NCBI GenBank assembly: GCA_944393325.1
Contig: CALXZU010000003.1
Location: 1,497-65,496 of the forward strand
Direction: 5' to 3'
Length of the DNA: 64,000 nt
Origin: an uncultured Clostridia bacterium
GTDB taxonomy: Bacteria; Bacillota; Clostridia; TANB77; CAG-508
The notes beneath the pieces are model-generated. The model was not told the DNA's origin and made no database searches. It saw nothing but the letters and a program-made list of their open reading frames with translations. Made by a program: the position numbers and the translations under genes. Numbering within the stretch: position 1 is the stretch's first letter; each line of letters starts with the position of its first letter. Below, one piece after another: positions 29,514-41,264 of this stretch.

Positions 29514-30635
29514 ATGAAAAACAAAGGAATAACTTTAATTGCTTTAGTGATAACTATAATTATTTTACTTATATTAGCAGGGGTCTCAATAGTTATGCTA
29601 ACAGGGGAGAATGGAATATTAAATCAAGCAAAAAAAGCTAAAGAAGAAACAGAAGAAGCAAAGAAAAATGAAGAAAATATAATTGAAAATTATGAAGGAT
29701 ATTTAAACAGTTATAGTGGAGAAAATATAGAATTTATAGATAGTTTAGGAAATAAAGTAAAAGTTCCAGAAGGCTTTAGAGTAATAAATCCAGAAGACAA
29801 TGTAGAAGATGGTATAGTGATAGAAGATGTAGTACATGGAGAAACTAAAGGAAGTCAATTTGTATGGATACCAGTGGGAAATGGTATAAAAAAGTCAGAT
29901 GGAACAACATTTGATATTGATTTAAAAAGATATGTTTTTAATGAAGATGGAACTGTAAATGAGCAATTATCTAAAGAAGGTATATCAGACCAATTAAGAA
30001 AATATTCTGAAAGTGATGAAAATTATTATATTGAAGGATTAAAAAATAGTGAAACTGATAATGTGCATGCAAAAGACATCGAAGATTTTAAGGACAAGGT
30101 AGAAAAATCAGGAGGATATTATATAGGTAGGTATGAAGCAAGAATTGAAAATGAACGTAAAAGCAAAGATGAAGAATTAGAACAAGTAACAGTAAAACCA
30201 GATGATTATATATATAATTACGTAACACAAGCTCAAGCAGCAAAAGTAGGTCAAAATATGTACTCGGCCAATTCTAATTTTACCAGTGATTTAGTAAATG
30301 GTTTTGCGTGGGATACAGCAGTTGTATTTTTACAAGAATGTGATGACAGAGAAAATAAGAGTATTTTATATTCAAGGCAAAATAGTTTAAATACAACAAT
30401 ATCGATTAAAGGAACAAATAATCTTACTGTTATGGATAAAATATGTAATATTTTTGATATGGCTAGTAATTGTTATGAATGGACAACAGAGACTTATAGT
30501 AAAAATGGACATACAACTGTTGATAGAGGTGGAGGTTATAATGATACTAGAAATTTTACTACTGGTAGAGGAGATATGAGAACTTTAGAGACATGTGAAT
30601 ATTCGATTTCTTTTAGACCAATTATATATTTATAA
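29514..30635 (+). CDS. Pilin-like N-terminus + FGE-sulfatase (SUMF1)-like domain protein
   Basis: The N-terminus is MKNKGITLIALVITIIILLILAGVSIVMLTGENGILNQAKKAKE. The C-terminal domain has FVWIPVG, GGYYIGRYEA, FAWDTA, NCYEWTTE, DRGGGY and SFRP motifs. Confidence 0.75.
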   Translation: MKNKGITLIALVITIIILLILAGVSIVMLTGENGILNQAKKAKEETEEAKKNEENIIENYEGYLNSYSGENIEFIDSLGNKVKVPEGFRVINPEDNVEDGIVIEDVVHGETKGSQFVWIPVGNGIKKSDGTTFDIDLKRYVFNEDGTVNEQLSKEGISDQLRKYSESDENYYIEGLKNSETDNVHAKDIEDFKDKVEKSGGYYIGRYEARIENERKSKDEELEQVTVKPDDYIYNYVTQAQAAKVGQNMYSANSNFTSDLVNGFAWDTAVVFLQECDDRENKSILYSRQNSLNTTISIKGTNNLTVMDKICNIFDMASNCYEWTTETYSKNGHTTVDRGGGYNDTRNFTTGRGDMRTLETCEYSISFRPIIYL

Positions 30636-30763
30636 ATAAATTATATAATATTAATAATGTAAAGGAAGTATTTTTAAATGCTTTCTTTTTTAAGCGAAAA
30701 AAAATTCGCCAAATTACTTGTAAAAAAACAATAAATATAGTAGAATATCTGTGAGGTGAGAAA

Positions 30764-31840
30764 ATGAAATTTGTACATATTGCAGATATGCATTTAGATA
30801 GAGCATTTACTAGTTTATCAGATAAAGGGGTAATGGGAGACTTAAGAAGGTTAGAACAAAGAAAAGTATTTAAGAAAATAATAGAATATATAAAAGAAAA
30901 TAATGTAGATTATTTATTTATTTCAGGAGATTTATATGAACACGACTATGTAAAACAGACAACAATAGAATATATAAATGAATTATTTAAAGAAATAGAA
31001 AATGTTAAAGTGTTTATATCAGCAGGAAATCACGATCCAAAGGTAAAAAATTCATATTATAATAAATTTAATTGGAATTCAAATGTAAAAATATTTGAGA
31101 CATTTATAGAAAAAGTAGAAGAACCAGACTGTAATATATATGGTTATAGTTTTGATGATTTTTATTGCAATAGCTGTGGAATAGAAAATTTTAATATAGT
31201 GGATGAAGGAAAACCAAATATTTTAGTAATACATGGAAATTTAGATGGTAGTCAAAAAGATGATAAACCATATAATCCAATATCAGGAAGAGTCTTAGAA
31301 GAAAAAGGTTTTAATTATGTAGCATTAGGGCATATTCATAAGTCTAATTATAATTTATCTTTAGCACAGAAAATAATATATCCTGGATCTACTGTTTCCC
31401 TAGGATTTGATGAACCAGGAAAACACGGTATGATAGTGGGAGAAATAAAGGATACTTTAAAATTAGAATTTGTACCATTAGATGATGAAGTTTTCACAAG
31501 AAGAGAATTAAATGTGGATAACCTAAACTCAAAAGAAGAATTAATTGAAAAAATAAACAGTTTAGAAATTATGCCAAATGAATATGTGGAAATAATATTA
31601 ATGGGTGCAAGAAATTTTGAAATAGATAAATATGATTTACTAAAATATATTTTAAATGAAAGAATAATAAAAATAAAAGATGAAACAAAAATAGCAGTTG
31701 AATTAGAAAAAATAGCAAATGAAAATACATTAAGAGGGTTATTTGTAAAAGAAATGTTAGAAAAACTAGAAAATACAGAAGAAGATAAAAAAGAAATAAT
31801 AGAGAAAGCAATCGAAATAGGATTAAATGCTTTGGAATAG
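30764..31840 (+). CDS. Metallophosphoesterase DNA-repair exonuclease (SbcD/YhaO-like)
   Basis: MKFVHIADMHLD, GDLYE, GNHD and GHIH motifs. Confidence 0.8.
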   Translation: MKFVHIADMHLDRAFTSLSDKGVMGDLRRLEQRKVFKKIIEYIKENNVDYLFISGDLYEHDYVKQTTIEYINELFKEIENVKVFISAGNHDPKVKNSYYNKFNWNSNVKIFETFIEKVEEPDCNIYGYSFDDFYCNSCGIENFNIVDEGKPNILVIHGNLDGSQKDDKPYNPISGRVLEEKGFNYVALGHIHKSNYNLSLAQKIIYPGSTVSLGFDEPGKHGMIVGEIKDTLKLEFVPLDDEVFTRRELNVDNLNSKEELIEKINSLEIMPNEYVEIILMGARNFEIDKYDLLKYILNERIIKIKDETKIAVELEKIANENTLRGLFVKEMLEKLENTEEDKKEIIEKAIEIGLNALE

Positions 31841-31850
31841 AGGTGATATT

Positions 31851-33815
31851 TTGAAAATAAATAAACTAAAAATAAATTCTTATGGAAAATTAAAAGAAAA
31901 AGAAATAGATTTAGAACCAGGAATAAACATAATTTATGGTAAAAATGAATCAGGAAAATCAACACTTTTAAATTTTATAGTAGATAGTCTATATGGAATA
32001 TCTAAAACCAAAAATGGAAAAGAATATTCAAATTATGATAAATTTATGCCATGGAGTGGAGATGACTTTTTAGGAAGAATTGAATATGAATTAGATAATA
32101 GCAATAAATACGAAGTATTTAGAGATTTTAAAAAGAAAAATCCTAAAATATTTAATGAAAACAAAGAAGATATATCAAAAGAATTTAATATAGATAAAAC
32201 AAAAGGAAATGAATTTTTCTATGAACAAACGAAAATAGATGAAGAACTATTTTTATCTACATTAGTAGTTGGTCAGCAAGAAGTAAAACTAGGCAATAAA
32301 GAACAAAGTATGCTAGTACAAAAAATAGCTAATTTAGTTGGAACTGGAGAAGATAATGTTTCATATAAAAAAGCATTAAGCAGGATAAATAAAAGGCAAT
32401 TAGACGAAATAGGAACATCAAAATCAAGGGAAAAACCTATTAATATATTAGAAAGAAATATAGGAAGATTAGAAGAAGAAAAACAGAATTTAAGTAAATA
32501 TCAAAATTTTAAATATGAAATAGAAGAAAACAAAAACGATTTAAAAGAAAAAATAGAAAAATTGGAAAATGAAAATAATTTGCTAAAAGAAATAAAAACA
32601 TTAGAAGAAAAAGAAAAGATAGAAAATGAAAAAATAAATATACAAGAAAATATTAAAAAAGAAAATATAGAAAAAATAAATTCATTAAAACAACAAAGGA
32701 AAGAAATTGAAAGAAATAATAGCCATATTTTAGCAAATGGTGTAGATAATGACAGAAATAATAAAAAAATAGAGAAAGAAAAAAAGAGTTTAAATAGAAA
32801 AGTTTTAATATTATCAATTTTAGTTATATTAATAAATATATTACAATTTATATTAATTAAAAATAAAATTATAAATTATATTGTTTTATTAACAATACCA
32901 AGTGTTATAATTTATTACTTTTTACAAAAAAACAAATTAAATAAAATAACAGAAAGAGAAAACAAAGAAAATGAGAAAAAACAAAATTTAATTAATAATA
33001 TAAATTCAGAAATAAGTAGTTTAAATCAACAAATAGAGATTTTAAATAATAATAATTTAGAAATTGATAATAAATTACAAGAATTAAAAAACAATCTTAA
33101 TTTAAAAATAAATTTAGAAAAGGAAAGAATAAAAAATAAATATTTAAACATAATTGAAAGTTTTAAATTAGAAGAATTACTTAATTTAGAAAACATAGAT
33201 TTTAAACTAAGAGTTACGCAAGAAGAACTAAATAATAAAAATATAGAACTTCATAAATTAGAATTAGATCAAAAAAATATAGAGCCAGAACTTGATAATT
33301 TATCAAAAATAGAAGAAGAATTGGTTAACGATAAAGAAAAAATGTTAACTCTACAAAAAAACAATTTAAGTTTTGTACTTGCAAAACAAGTTTTAGAAAA
33401 TGCATATATCAACATGAAAAATTCAGTAACACCTAAATTTACAGAAGAATTATCTAAAAATATTTCTAATATTACAAATGGAAAATATAATAATATTAGA
33501 TTTAATGATGAAGAAGGTTTAATTGTAGAAATAGAAAATGGTGATTATATACCAGCTTCCAAATTAAGTGTAGGAACAATAGACCAATTATATCTATCTT
33601 TAAGATTGTCAATGATAGAAGATTTATCAGAAGAAACAATGCCAATTATTTTAGATGAAACATTTGCATATTTTGATGACGAAAGATTAGAAAATGTTTT
33701 AAAATACATAAATGATAAATTTAAAAATCATCAAGTAATTTTATTAACTTGTACAAATAGAGAAAAAGATATATTAGACAAAAATTTAATATCATATAAT
33801 AATTGTGAATTATAA
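31851..33815 (+). CDS. SMC/Rad50-like AAA ATPase (SbcC/YhaN-like) with long coiled coil and central hydrophobic segment
   Basis: P-loop GKNESGKST, a Lys/Glu-rich coiled coil, and C-terminal signature LSVGTIDQLYLSLRL plus Walker B IILDETF. The probable TTG start follows AGAGGTGA. Confidence 0.75.
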   Translation: MKINKLKINSYGKLKEKEIDLEPGINIIYGKNESGKSTLLNFIVDSLYGISKTKNGKEYSNYDKFMPWSGDDFLGRIEYELDNSNKYEVFRDFKKKNPKIFNENKEDISKEFNIDKTKGNEFFYEQTKIDEELFLSTLVVGQQEVKLGNKEQSMLVQKIANLVGTGEDNVSYKKALSRINKRQLDEIGTSKSREKPINILERNIGRLEEEKQNLSKYQNFKYEIEENKNDLKEKIEKLENENNLLKEIKTLEEKEKIENEKINIQENIKKENIEKINSLKQQRKEIERNNSHILANGVDNDRNNKKIEKEKKSLNRKVLILSILVILINILQFILIKNKIINYIVLLTIPSVIIYYFLQKNKLNKITERENKENEKKQNLINNINSEISSLNQQIEILNNNNLEIDNKLQELKNNLNLKINLEKERIKNKYLNIIESFKLEELLNLENIDFKLRVTQEELNNKNIELHKLELDQKNIEPELDNLSKIEEELVNDKEKMLTLQKNNLSFVLAKQVLENAYINMKNSVTPKFTEELSKNISNITNGKYNNIRFNDEEGLIVEIENGDYIPASKLSVGTIDQLYLSLRLSMIEDLSEETMPIILDETFAYFDDERLENVLKYINDKFKNHQVILLTCTNREKDILDKNLISYNNCEL

Positions 33816-33976
33816 AAGCAATAAAAAACATAGTGAGAAAATAAAAAAGCTACTATGTTTTTATGTATTTGCAAGAAAACCTAAAATATAGACATAGAAA
33901 CAATACAAAACAGCTTGTAAAAACCTATAAAATGTAGTATAATAACTATTGTTAAAAAATGTGAAGGAGAATAAAT

Positions 33977-35038
33977 ATGTTTGAAAAATTAGAAGCAATA
34001 GAAAAAAGGTATGAGGAATTAACAAAGGAAATATCAGATCCAGATGTGATAGCAAATCAAGTAGAATGGCAAAAAGCAATGAAAGAACATGCTGGATTAG
34101 AAGAATTAGTACAAAAATTTAGAGAATATAAAAAAGTAAAAAAGGAAATGGAAGAAGCAGAAGAATTAATGACAGACCCAGAAATGAAAGAATTGGCAGA
34201 AACAGAATATTATGATAAAAAAGAACAACTTCCAAAATTAGAAGAAGAATTAAAATTCTTATTAATTCCAAAAGACCCTGATGATGATAAAAACATTATA
34301 TGTGAAATAAGAGCAGGAGCAGGAGGAGAAGAAGCAGCATTATTTGCAGGAACATTATTTAGAATGTATTCAATGTATGCAGAGAAAAAACATTGGAAAG
34401 TAGAAATTTTAAATGAAAATGAAACAGGTCTTGGTGGATATAAAGAAATATCTTTTATGATTACAGGAAAAGGTGTATATAGTAGATTAAAATTTGAAAG
34501 TGGAGTTCACAGAGTACAAAGAGTACCGGATACAGAAAGCAGTGGAAGAATACATACATCAACAGTAACAGTAGCAGTTCTTCCAGTAGTAGAAGATGTG
34601 GAAATAGAAATAAATCAAGCAGATATAAAAATGGAAGTATTTAGATCATCAGGAGCAGGTGGACAACATATTAATAAAACATCATCTGCCGTAAGATTAA
34701 TACACATCCCAACAGGAATTACAGTAGAATGTCAGACTGAAAGATCACAATTCCAAAACAGAGATAATGCAATGAAAATGCTAAGAACAAAACTTTATGA
34801 AATAGAAAAAGCAAAACAAGATAATGAAGTAGCAAGTGCAAGAAGAACACAAGTAGGTTCAGGAGACAGAAGTGAAAAAATAAGAACATATAATTATCCA
34901 CAGGGAAGAATAACAGACCACAGAATAGGAATGAGTATTTATCAAATAGAAAACTTTTTAAATGGTGATTTAGACGAAATGATAGATAACTTAGTTGCAG
35001 CAGATAGAGCAGAAAAATTAAAAGGAGACGACGAATAA
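33977..35038 (+). CDS. prfA: Peptide chain release factor 1
   Basis: 353 aa with the GGQ motif ([16 protein letters not shown]) and the RF1 layout. Confidence 0.92.
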   Translation: MFEKLEAIEKRYEELTKEISDPDVIANQVEWQKAMKEHAGLEELVQKFREYKKVKKEMEEAEELMTDPEMKELAETEYYDKKEQLPKLEEELKFLLIPKDPDDDKNIICEIRAGAGGEEAALFAGTLFRMYSMYAEKKHWKVEILNENETGLGGYKEISFMITGKGVYSRLKFESGVHRVQRVPDTESSGRIHTSTVTVAVLPVVEDVEIEINQADIKMEVFRSSGAGGQHINKTSSAVRLIHIPTGITVECQTERSQFQNRDNAMKMLRTKLYEIEKAKQDNEVASARRTQVGSGDRSEKIRTYNYPQGRITDHRIGMSIYQIENFLNGDLDEMIDNLVAADRAEKLKGDDE

Positions 35039-35039
35039 T

Positions 35040-35594
35040 ATGAAATTACTAGTAATATCTGATATTCATGGTTCTTTATATTACACTAAAAAAATATTAG
35101 AAATAATAGAAAGAGAAAGACCAGATAAAATAGCACTTTTAGGAGATTTATATTATCACGGACCAAGAAATGAATTAACAGATGAATATAATCCAATGGA
35201 AGTTTCTAAAATACTAAATTCATTAAAAGATAAACTAATAGTTACAAAAGGAAACTGCGATGCAGAAGTAGATGAAATGATATCAGAATTTCCGTTAAAA
35301 GAATATATAGAATTAAATGTAAATGGATATAATCTGTTTTTATCACACGGACATAAATATAATATAGATAATATGCCACCACTAGGAATTAAAATAGATA
35401 TTATGATGTATGGACATTTTCATGTAGGATTTATTAAAGAAAAAGACAGAATTATATTTGCAAACCCTGGTTCGATTTCGTTACCAAAAGAAAATAGTAA
35501 GCATAGTTATTTAATATTTGACAGAAACAAATTAACATTAAAAGATGTGAATGGAATTGTAATAGAGGAAAAAAATTTAAATAAAGATGTATAA
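35040..35594 (+). CDS. YfcE/MJ0936-family phosphodiesterase
   Basis: MKLLVISDIHGS, GDLYYHGPRN, GNCD and GHFH metallophosphoesterase motifs. Confidence 0.8.
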   Translation: MKLLVISDIHGSLYYTKKILEIIERERPDKIALLGDLYYHGPRNELTDEYNPMEVSKILNSLKDKLIVTKGNCDAEVDEMISEFPLKEYIELNVNGYNLFLSHGHKYNIDNMPPLGIKIDIMMYGHFHVGFIKEKDRIIFANPGSISLPKENSKHSYLIFDRNKLTLKDVNGIVIEEKNLNKDV

Positions 35595-35715
35595 AATAAA
35601 AGTTTCTTGAGTTTTTAAAACTTTAAGAGACTTTTTAATTACAAAAGAGATAAAATTATTGACAACTATAGAAGTCTATAATATTATAAAAACATAAAAG
35701 AAAGAGAGGTTGAAG

Positions 35716-37171
35716 ATGGGAAAGAAGAAAATATTGTGTTTTATTATATTTATTTTAATAATATTTACTATTGTAACAATATTTGCTGTAAGAAGTATCA
35801 ATATTTCAAAAAGTGAAGAAATAGACGAATGGAATGAAGAAAAACTAGTAAATAGTCCAAAATTATCAGTTGGAATGACGCCGATAATATATGGTGAAAA
35901 TGGAGAAGCGGTTGAAGTAGAAAGCAATGAAGATTGGTATGATTATAAAGTGCAAGAAACAGCAACACAAACAGGAGGAGACAGTCAATGGGCAAATGCA
36001 CAAACTAAAGATGGTAGCCAATGGGTGTGGATACCAAGATATGCATATAAGATAAATTATAATGATGTTGAGCATAAAGAAAACGGAGGAACAATAGAAA
36101 TAAAATTCTTAAAAGGAACAACAAATCTTGATAAAGATAATAAAGACGTAATAGAACAAGGATATAAAGTACATCCAGCATTTCAAAATGGAGAAAATAC
36201 TGGATACGCAAATGGAGAATGGAACAAAGAACTTACGGGAATATGGGTTTCAAAATTTGAAGCAGGCTTTGCAGGGATAGAAAATACTGGTTCAAGCAAA
36301 ATAAAAGCACAAGATACGAATGTATTATATAGTGTAATATCAGGTGAAAATATATATGGAAAAATTGAAGTAAATGAAACTAAAATGAAATATCCAGTAT
36401 TTGTAGGAGGTGCATTTTCTTATAATGGTATAGATATTGGGCAAATGTATAATCTATGTCAAAATTTAAATGCTAGTAATAATCCATATGGGATAAATAA
36501 TGAAAATGAAAATATTCATTTAATGAAAAATAGCGAATGGGGAGCAGTTGCTTATTTAGCATATAGTAATTATGGAAGAAACAAAACACCTATTTCTATA
36601 AACAATGTAGAAATATCTAATATTGATAATGTGCAAACAATCACAGGATATTCAAGCAAAGTAGATGATAATCTGGTAAATACTATTAATTATTCTGAAA
36701 ACCTTGAAAATTATAATGAGAAGTCATTTATTTGGTATTCAGAAAATGGAGGTTTAGCAAGTACAACAGGCAATAAATATGGTGTATTTGACATGGCAGG
36801 AGCAGCTACAGAATATGTAGCTCGGATACCTTGATGATATGGAAATGGAAAATGAAGCATATTTAATAGATTTTGGGGAAGAAAAACAAAGTAATAAGTA
36901 TTTCACAGTATTTAAAAATGATGAAGATAAAAATACTTATGAGAGTAATAAAAATATATATGGAGATGCTACAATAGAAACATCATCTGGAAATGGAACA
37001 TATGAAAGTTGGGACGGAGAAACATCATATTATGTAACAGCAAGATCACCATTTTTCTTAAGAGGGGGAGCATTTAGTGAAGGAGAACTTTCAGGATTGT
37101 TTTCATATTCTGTACATAGTGGACATTCAGGTGGAGACCATGGATTTAGATGTTCTTTAATAGTAGAATAA
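35716..37171 (+). CDS. Signal-anchored FGE-sulfatase/C-type-lectin-like protein; needs +1 shift at in-frame CGG 36823-36825
   Basis: The motif set matches 19371..21207 (QWVWIPRYAYKI, HPAF, GIWVSKFEAG, NSEWGAVAYL, GVFDMAG). Frame 0 reads EYVA, then CGG, then stops. The +1 frame (GGA 36824) reads GYLDDMEMENEAYLIDFG... through ...PFFLRGGAF...HGFRCSLIVE. 37171-36824+1=348. Confidence 0.75.
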
Positions 37172-37201
37172 AAAATTTTATGATAAAAAGGAAATAAAAT
37201 T

Positions 37202-38589
37202 ATGAAAAAATGTATAAAATTGATTTTAATAATCTTTGTAATTATAAGTTTCTTTTCTTCAACGGCTAGTTATGGAATCTGTAACACTATAAGATCAAGT
37301 AAAAGAGTTACAGCGGTTAGACTAACTTTACAAAATGGACAAGTAATTGATGATTTTAGAGTTGAGGAAAAAGATATAGTTTCACCAGATGGAACATTAG
37401 ATGACTCACAAATAGGCCAAGCTAAAAATTTAGAATTGATATTTGTTGTAGATACTAATTCAGCAGATTTAGATGGTGAAAAAAATGTTATAACAAATGC
37501 AATTTCAAATTTTGCAACTTTTTTTGAAAAAGATACCAGCAAATTAAATATAGGTATAATTGGATTTGGTGATGATTATAAAAATTATGATAGTGACGAA
37601 GATTTTAATTATGAATTAAAAAATTATAAAAATGATGTTGAAACTATAGCAAACGAATTAAATAATTTACAGTCTATGCGGAAACTTTAAACAAGCAATA
37701 GAATTAACAGAAAAAAATATGGAACTTTATCCGGCCAATGAAGCGGATACATTACAAACAGTAGTAGTAATTTCTGATGGATTTAATATATCAGAAGAAG
37801 ATTTTAACACTTCAAATGCAAAGCTAAAAGGATTTATGGAAAACAATATGGCATTTGTTTTTGGAATATTTTCAAATGATGGAGTAGATATGTTAGGAAA
37901 TCAAGTACAAAAGAATATATCTTTTAATGAAGCAACATATTTATTTAATCAAGGAACACGGATCAATGTATACAATAATAGTAGATCAATTAGTAGTAAA
38001 TAATGATCCTCTATTATCTGCATCAGGAAATGGGAGTGTGCAAGCATTAGATGACATATATATAATACTTGATAATGAATTAACATATGGAGCTAAAATA
38101 GAAATTGAATATGAAATAGAAGCATATGCTTTAAATGGATTAGTAGAAGCGAACATAACAGATCTTGTTTCAGAAAGTGGTTTATCATTTGACCCTAATG
38201 CAAAATTACTAACAGAAGATAGAACAAATGCAGATTATGGCTGGGAAGCAAATGGCGATGGAAGCGTTACAAATACTTTTTCATCTGATGAAGAAGGTGG
38301 AAATAGACCTCCTAATCTTGGTAATAAAATTGTATTATCAAAATTAATTTCAAGCAATGATGAAAATATCTTTATAAACACGGCAATTGTTGGAACTTCT
38401 TCATATGGTGTAGGGCAAAATATCCCATCAACTTTTCAAAATATTGTTCAGTCAGAGGCCGTAATTATTATTCCTCCAACTGGAGTAACTGATTTTGTTG
38501 AAGTAATTATTATAATAGGAGCAATTATATTAATAATAGTTTCAATATTTATAATAAGAAAAGTTAAAGTTAAAAAGAAAAATAAGTAA
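37202..38589 (+). CDS. VWA-domain surface protein with C-terminal sortase-type anchor (IPPTG + TM + basic tail); needs +1 shifts at CGG 37679-37681 and 37959-37961
   Basis: A signal peptide is followed by VWA motifs (LIFVVDTNSADLDG ... VVVISDG). The junctions read LQSM-G-NFKQAIEL and NQGT-G-SMYTIIVDQL. The frame arithmetic checks (37679-37202=477; 37959-37680=279; 38589-37960+1=630). The C-terminus is IIIPPTGVTDFVEVIIIIGAIILIIVSIFIIRKVKVKKKNK. Confidence 0.75.
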
Positions 38590-38807
38590 AAAATAAAAAC
38601 TTCTTAAAAATAAATTTAAGAAAAAAGTTTAAATATTTATATTGGAAAATATAACCCTAAATATTCAATTAGATTATCTACAAAAAACTTTTGATATAAT
38701 AATAAAATCAATACCATTATATGTAGCTTTTCTAATTAAATAATAAGAATAAAAACAAACTTCTTACAATAAATTTAAATAAAGATATTGTAAGGAGTTT
38801 TTTATTT

Positions 38808-39269
38808 ATGGAAATATTAAAAACTACACTTTTAGGATTATTTTTCGGAACATTTGGAACAACGTTAGGTGGAATTTTAGGTATTGTTATAAAAAAACAG
38901 TCAAATAAGTTTTTGAGTTTTATTTTATCGTTGGCATCAGGGCTAATGATGGCAGTGATATGTTTTGATTTAATACCAGAAGCATTAGAAATAAGTAACA
39001 TATTAGAAGTACTAATTGGAGTGGTTTTAGGAATAATTGCTATGATTTTTTGTGATTTATTAGTAGATAAAAAATTTAGTTCTAAAATACATACAAATAA
39101 TAAAGAAAGTAAATTGTTAAAAACAGGTATGATAGTATCAATAGGTTTGGCAATACACAACTTTCCAGAAGGATTGGCAATAGGATCTGGATTTGAGTCT
39201 TCATTAAAATTAGGTTTAAGTTTAGCAATTGCAATTTGCCTTCATGATATACCAGAAGGTATATTCTAA
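38808..39269 (+). pseudogene. ZIP-family (ZupT-like) metal transporter, 5' part, interrupted by element insertion
   Basis: The ORF reads ...LAIAICLHDIPEG and then runs into foreign sequence (IF-stop). The reading frame resumes at 44813. Confidence 0.8.
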
Positions 39270-39521
39270 AGTAGACAGTATTTAAATTTTCTATTTAGAA
39301 ATAAAATTAAAAGTAAAAAATTATTGAAAAGATGATTTGAATTTGAAAAAACCTATAAAAAATTGTAAATTATGTAATTATTTTTATACAAAGAAAGAGA
39401 GTTCATTGGAAGTTGTTTGTTTTTTATGATATAATTATTAACAATAAATAGTAATTATCGCGAAAAAAACAAAGACTATTATGAATATAATTTAAAATAT
39501 TTTTATAGGGAGTGAAAGAAA

Positions 39522-40751
39522 ATGAAAAGGTGTGATGTATGTAATAAAACATCTTTATTACCAGAAAATTTAGGAAAGGTTAATATTTGTAAAATATGTT
39601 TTCTAAAAGTTAATGGTCCTGCATGGAAGTACAAAAAAATTGAAAGCATGTATGAATTAGAAAAATATCATGAAAAAGCTATATCTTCTGCACAAAAAAA
39701 TGATTTTCCTAAACAAGTAATAGATGAAATAAACAACTATTTTAGCCAAAAGAAGTCTACTATGGAAAGATGTGATGCTTGCGGAGAAGAAAGGCTAACT
39801 ATTATAAAAATGAATGAAGCTAAAATTTGTAAAAAATGTTATTCAAAAATAGAAAGTAAAGAGTGGAAAAACAAAAATTATACAAGCAGAGAACAACTTG
39901 ATGCAGAAAAAAACAAAATAATTCAAATTGCTCAAAAAAGCAACTATCCAAAAGAAGCTATAAAGTTTATTAATGATACATTTGAAAGCAAGGTTGAAAA
40001 CAATTGGATGTATACTATTGATGGAAATGCAGGTCAAATTTTAAAAGTATATAAAGATTATTTTTCAATAAACACAACAAATGAGTTTGATATAGATGGG
40101 ATTGCAGAAGAATATGCCATAATTTGTAGTGAAGATCATCCTAAAAAGAATAATCAGTTTTCAAAATCTGATGCTCAAAATATTGTAAAAGGTATGATGG
40201 GAAGTACAGGAGGACTAGTTAAAGATATGCTGGTAGCAGGAATAAGTAAAAAAAGCCTTACATCAAAAGGAATAAATGCAATAACAAATAAATTTACTAG
40301 TGGTATAGAATCGACAATTATAAATGCAGTAGGAAACGCATATGACGAAACATATCCCGAAAAGAAAGATTTTAAGCAACACAAAGGAGAAAGGGTGTAT
40401 AAATATACTGATTTCGAAATATTAGAATTTAGAGATATTGGAGATGATACTTTAGGATATCTTAAATTTCAGAACCAAAATACTATTAAAAATTCTGACT
40501 ATGATGTTTTATATTTTTATGATTGTGACGCAAAAGATGATATTATAAAACTAATGCCAAAAGTATATTCTTATATGAAAAAAAAGATTAATAAAAAAGA
40601 AAAAGAAACGAATAAGGAAAATAATTCAAAAACTGAAACAAACAATTCTGCAATAATAGAGGACATAAAAAAATTTAAAGAACTATTAGACATGGGAGCA
40701 ATAACTCAAGAAGAATATGATAAAAAGAAAAAACAATTGTTGGATTTATAA
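39522..40751 (+). CDS. Double zinc-ribbon protein with C-terminal SHOCT domain
   Basis: Two CxxC...CxxC modules are present (CDVCNK...CKICF; CDACGE...CKKCY). The C-terminus IEDIKKFKELLDMGAITQEEYDKKKKQLL matches the SHOCT short oligomerisation motif. Confidence 0.6.
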   Translation: MKRCDVCNKTSLLPENLGKVNICKICFLKVNGPAWKYKKIESMYELEKYHEKAISSAQKNDFPKQVIDEINNYFSQKKSTMERCDACGEERLTIIKMNEAKICKKCYSKIESKEWKNKNYTSREQLDAEKNKIIQIAQKSNYPKEAIKFINDTFESKVENNWMYTIDGNAGQILKVYKDYFSINTTNEFDIDGIAEEYAIICSEDHPKKNNQFSKSDAQNIVKGMMGSTGGLVKDMLVAGISKKSLTSKGINAITNKFTSGIESTIINAVGNAYDETYPEKKDFKQHKGERVYKYTDFEILEFRDIGDDTLGYLKFQNQNTIKNSDYDVLYFYDCDAKDDIIKLMPKVYSYMKKKINKKEKETNKENNSKTETNNSAIIEDIKKFKELLDMGAITQEEYDKKKKQLLDL

Positions 40752-41264
40752 ATACAAAAACAACAGGTAAAAGTGGAATTTCGCTCATTTTCTAAAGAAA
40801 ATGGGTTCCCACGCCTAGTAATTTTTATAAAAAAATATATTTTGGAAGGATATGTAGATGAAAATACATATCTTTTTGTATTTGCAAAAATTAGAAAAAA
40901 TTCTTTAGAAAGAAGAAAAGTATATATTATAGAATACTTATATGGTTATATATAGAATAATCAAATTTTTAACACATATAAATTAAATAAACATTACTTA
41001 ATAATAGGAGAAAATATGAACGAACCATTTAAAATAAATATATATTTCGATGAAAAAGGCGAGGATTTAGAAAATTTAATAGAAAATTTGATAATTAATA
41101 TGTTGGAAAAAATATATATAGATAGTTAGAGAAGAATTGTGCAAATAAGTAGAACAATTACAATAATCTAAAATTTTCATTACTTGAGCATTTGAATTCA
41201 CTTCCAAATTAGATATAATTAAAAGGAATTCAAATTATTATCTCAAGCATGGAAAGGAGGTAAA

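Noticed and set aside
40773-41129. Small ORFs between the SHOCT gene and the recombinase (40773..40955, and a 37-aa ORF at 41016..41129).
   Set aside because: No recognisable family. The first lacks a convincing RBS. The second has an RBS (TAGGAG), but that is too little evidence to call.
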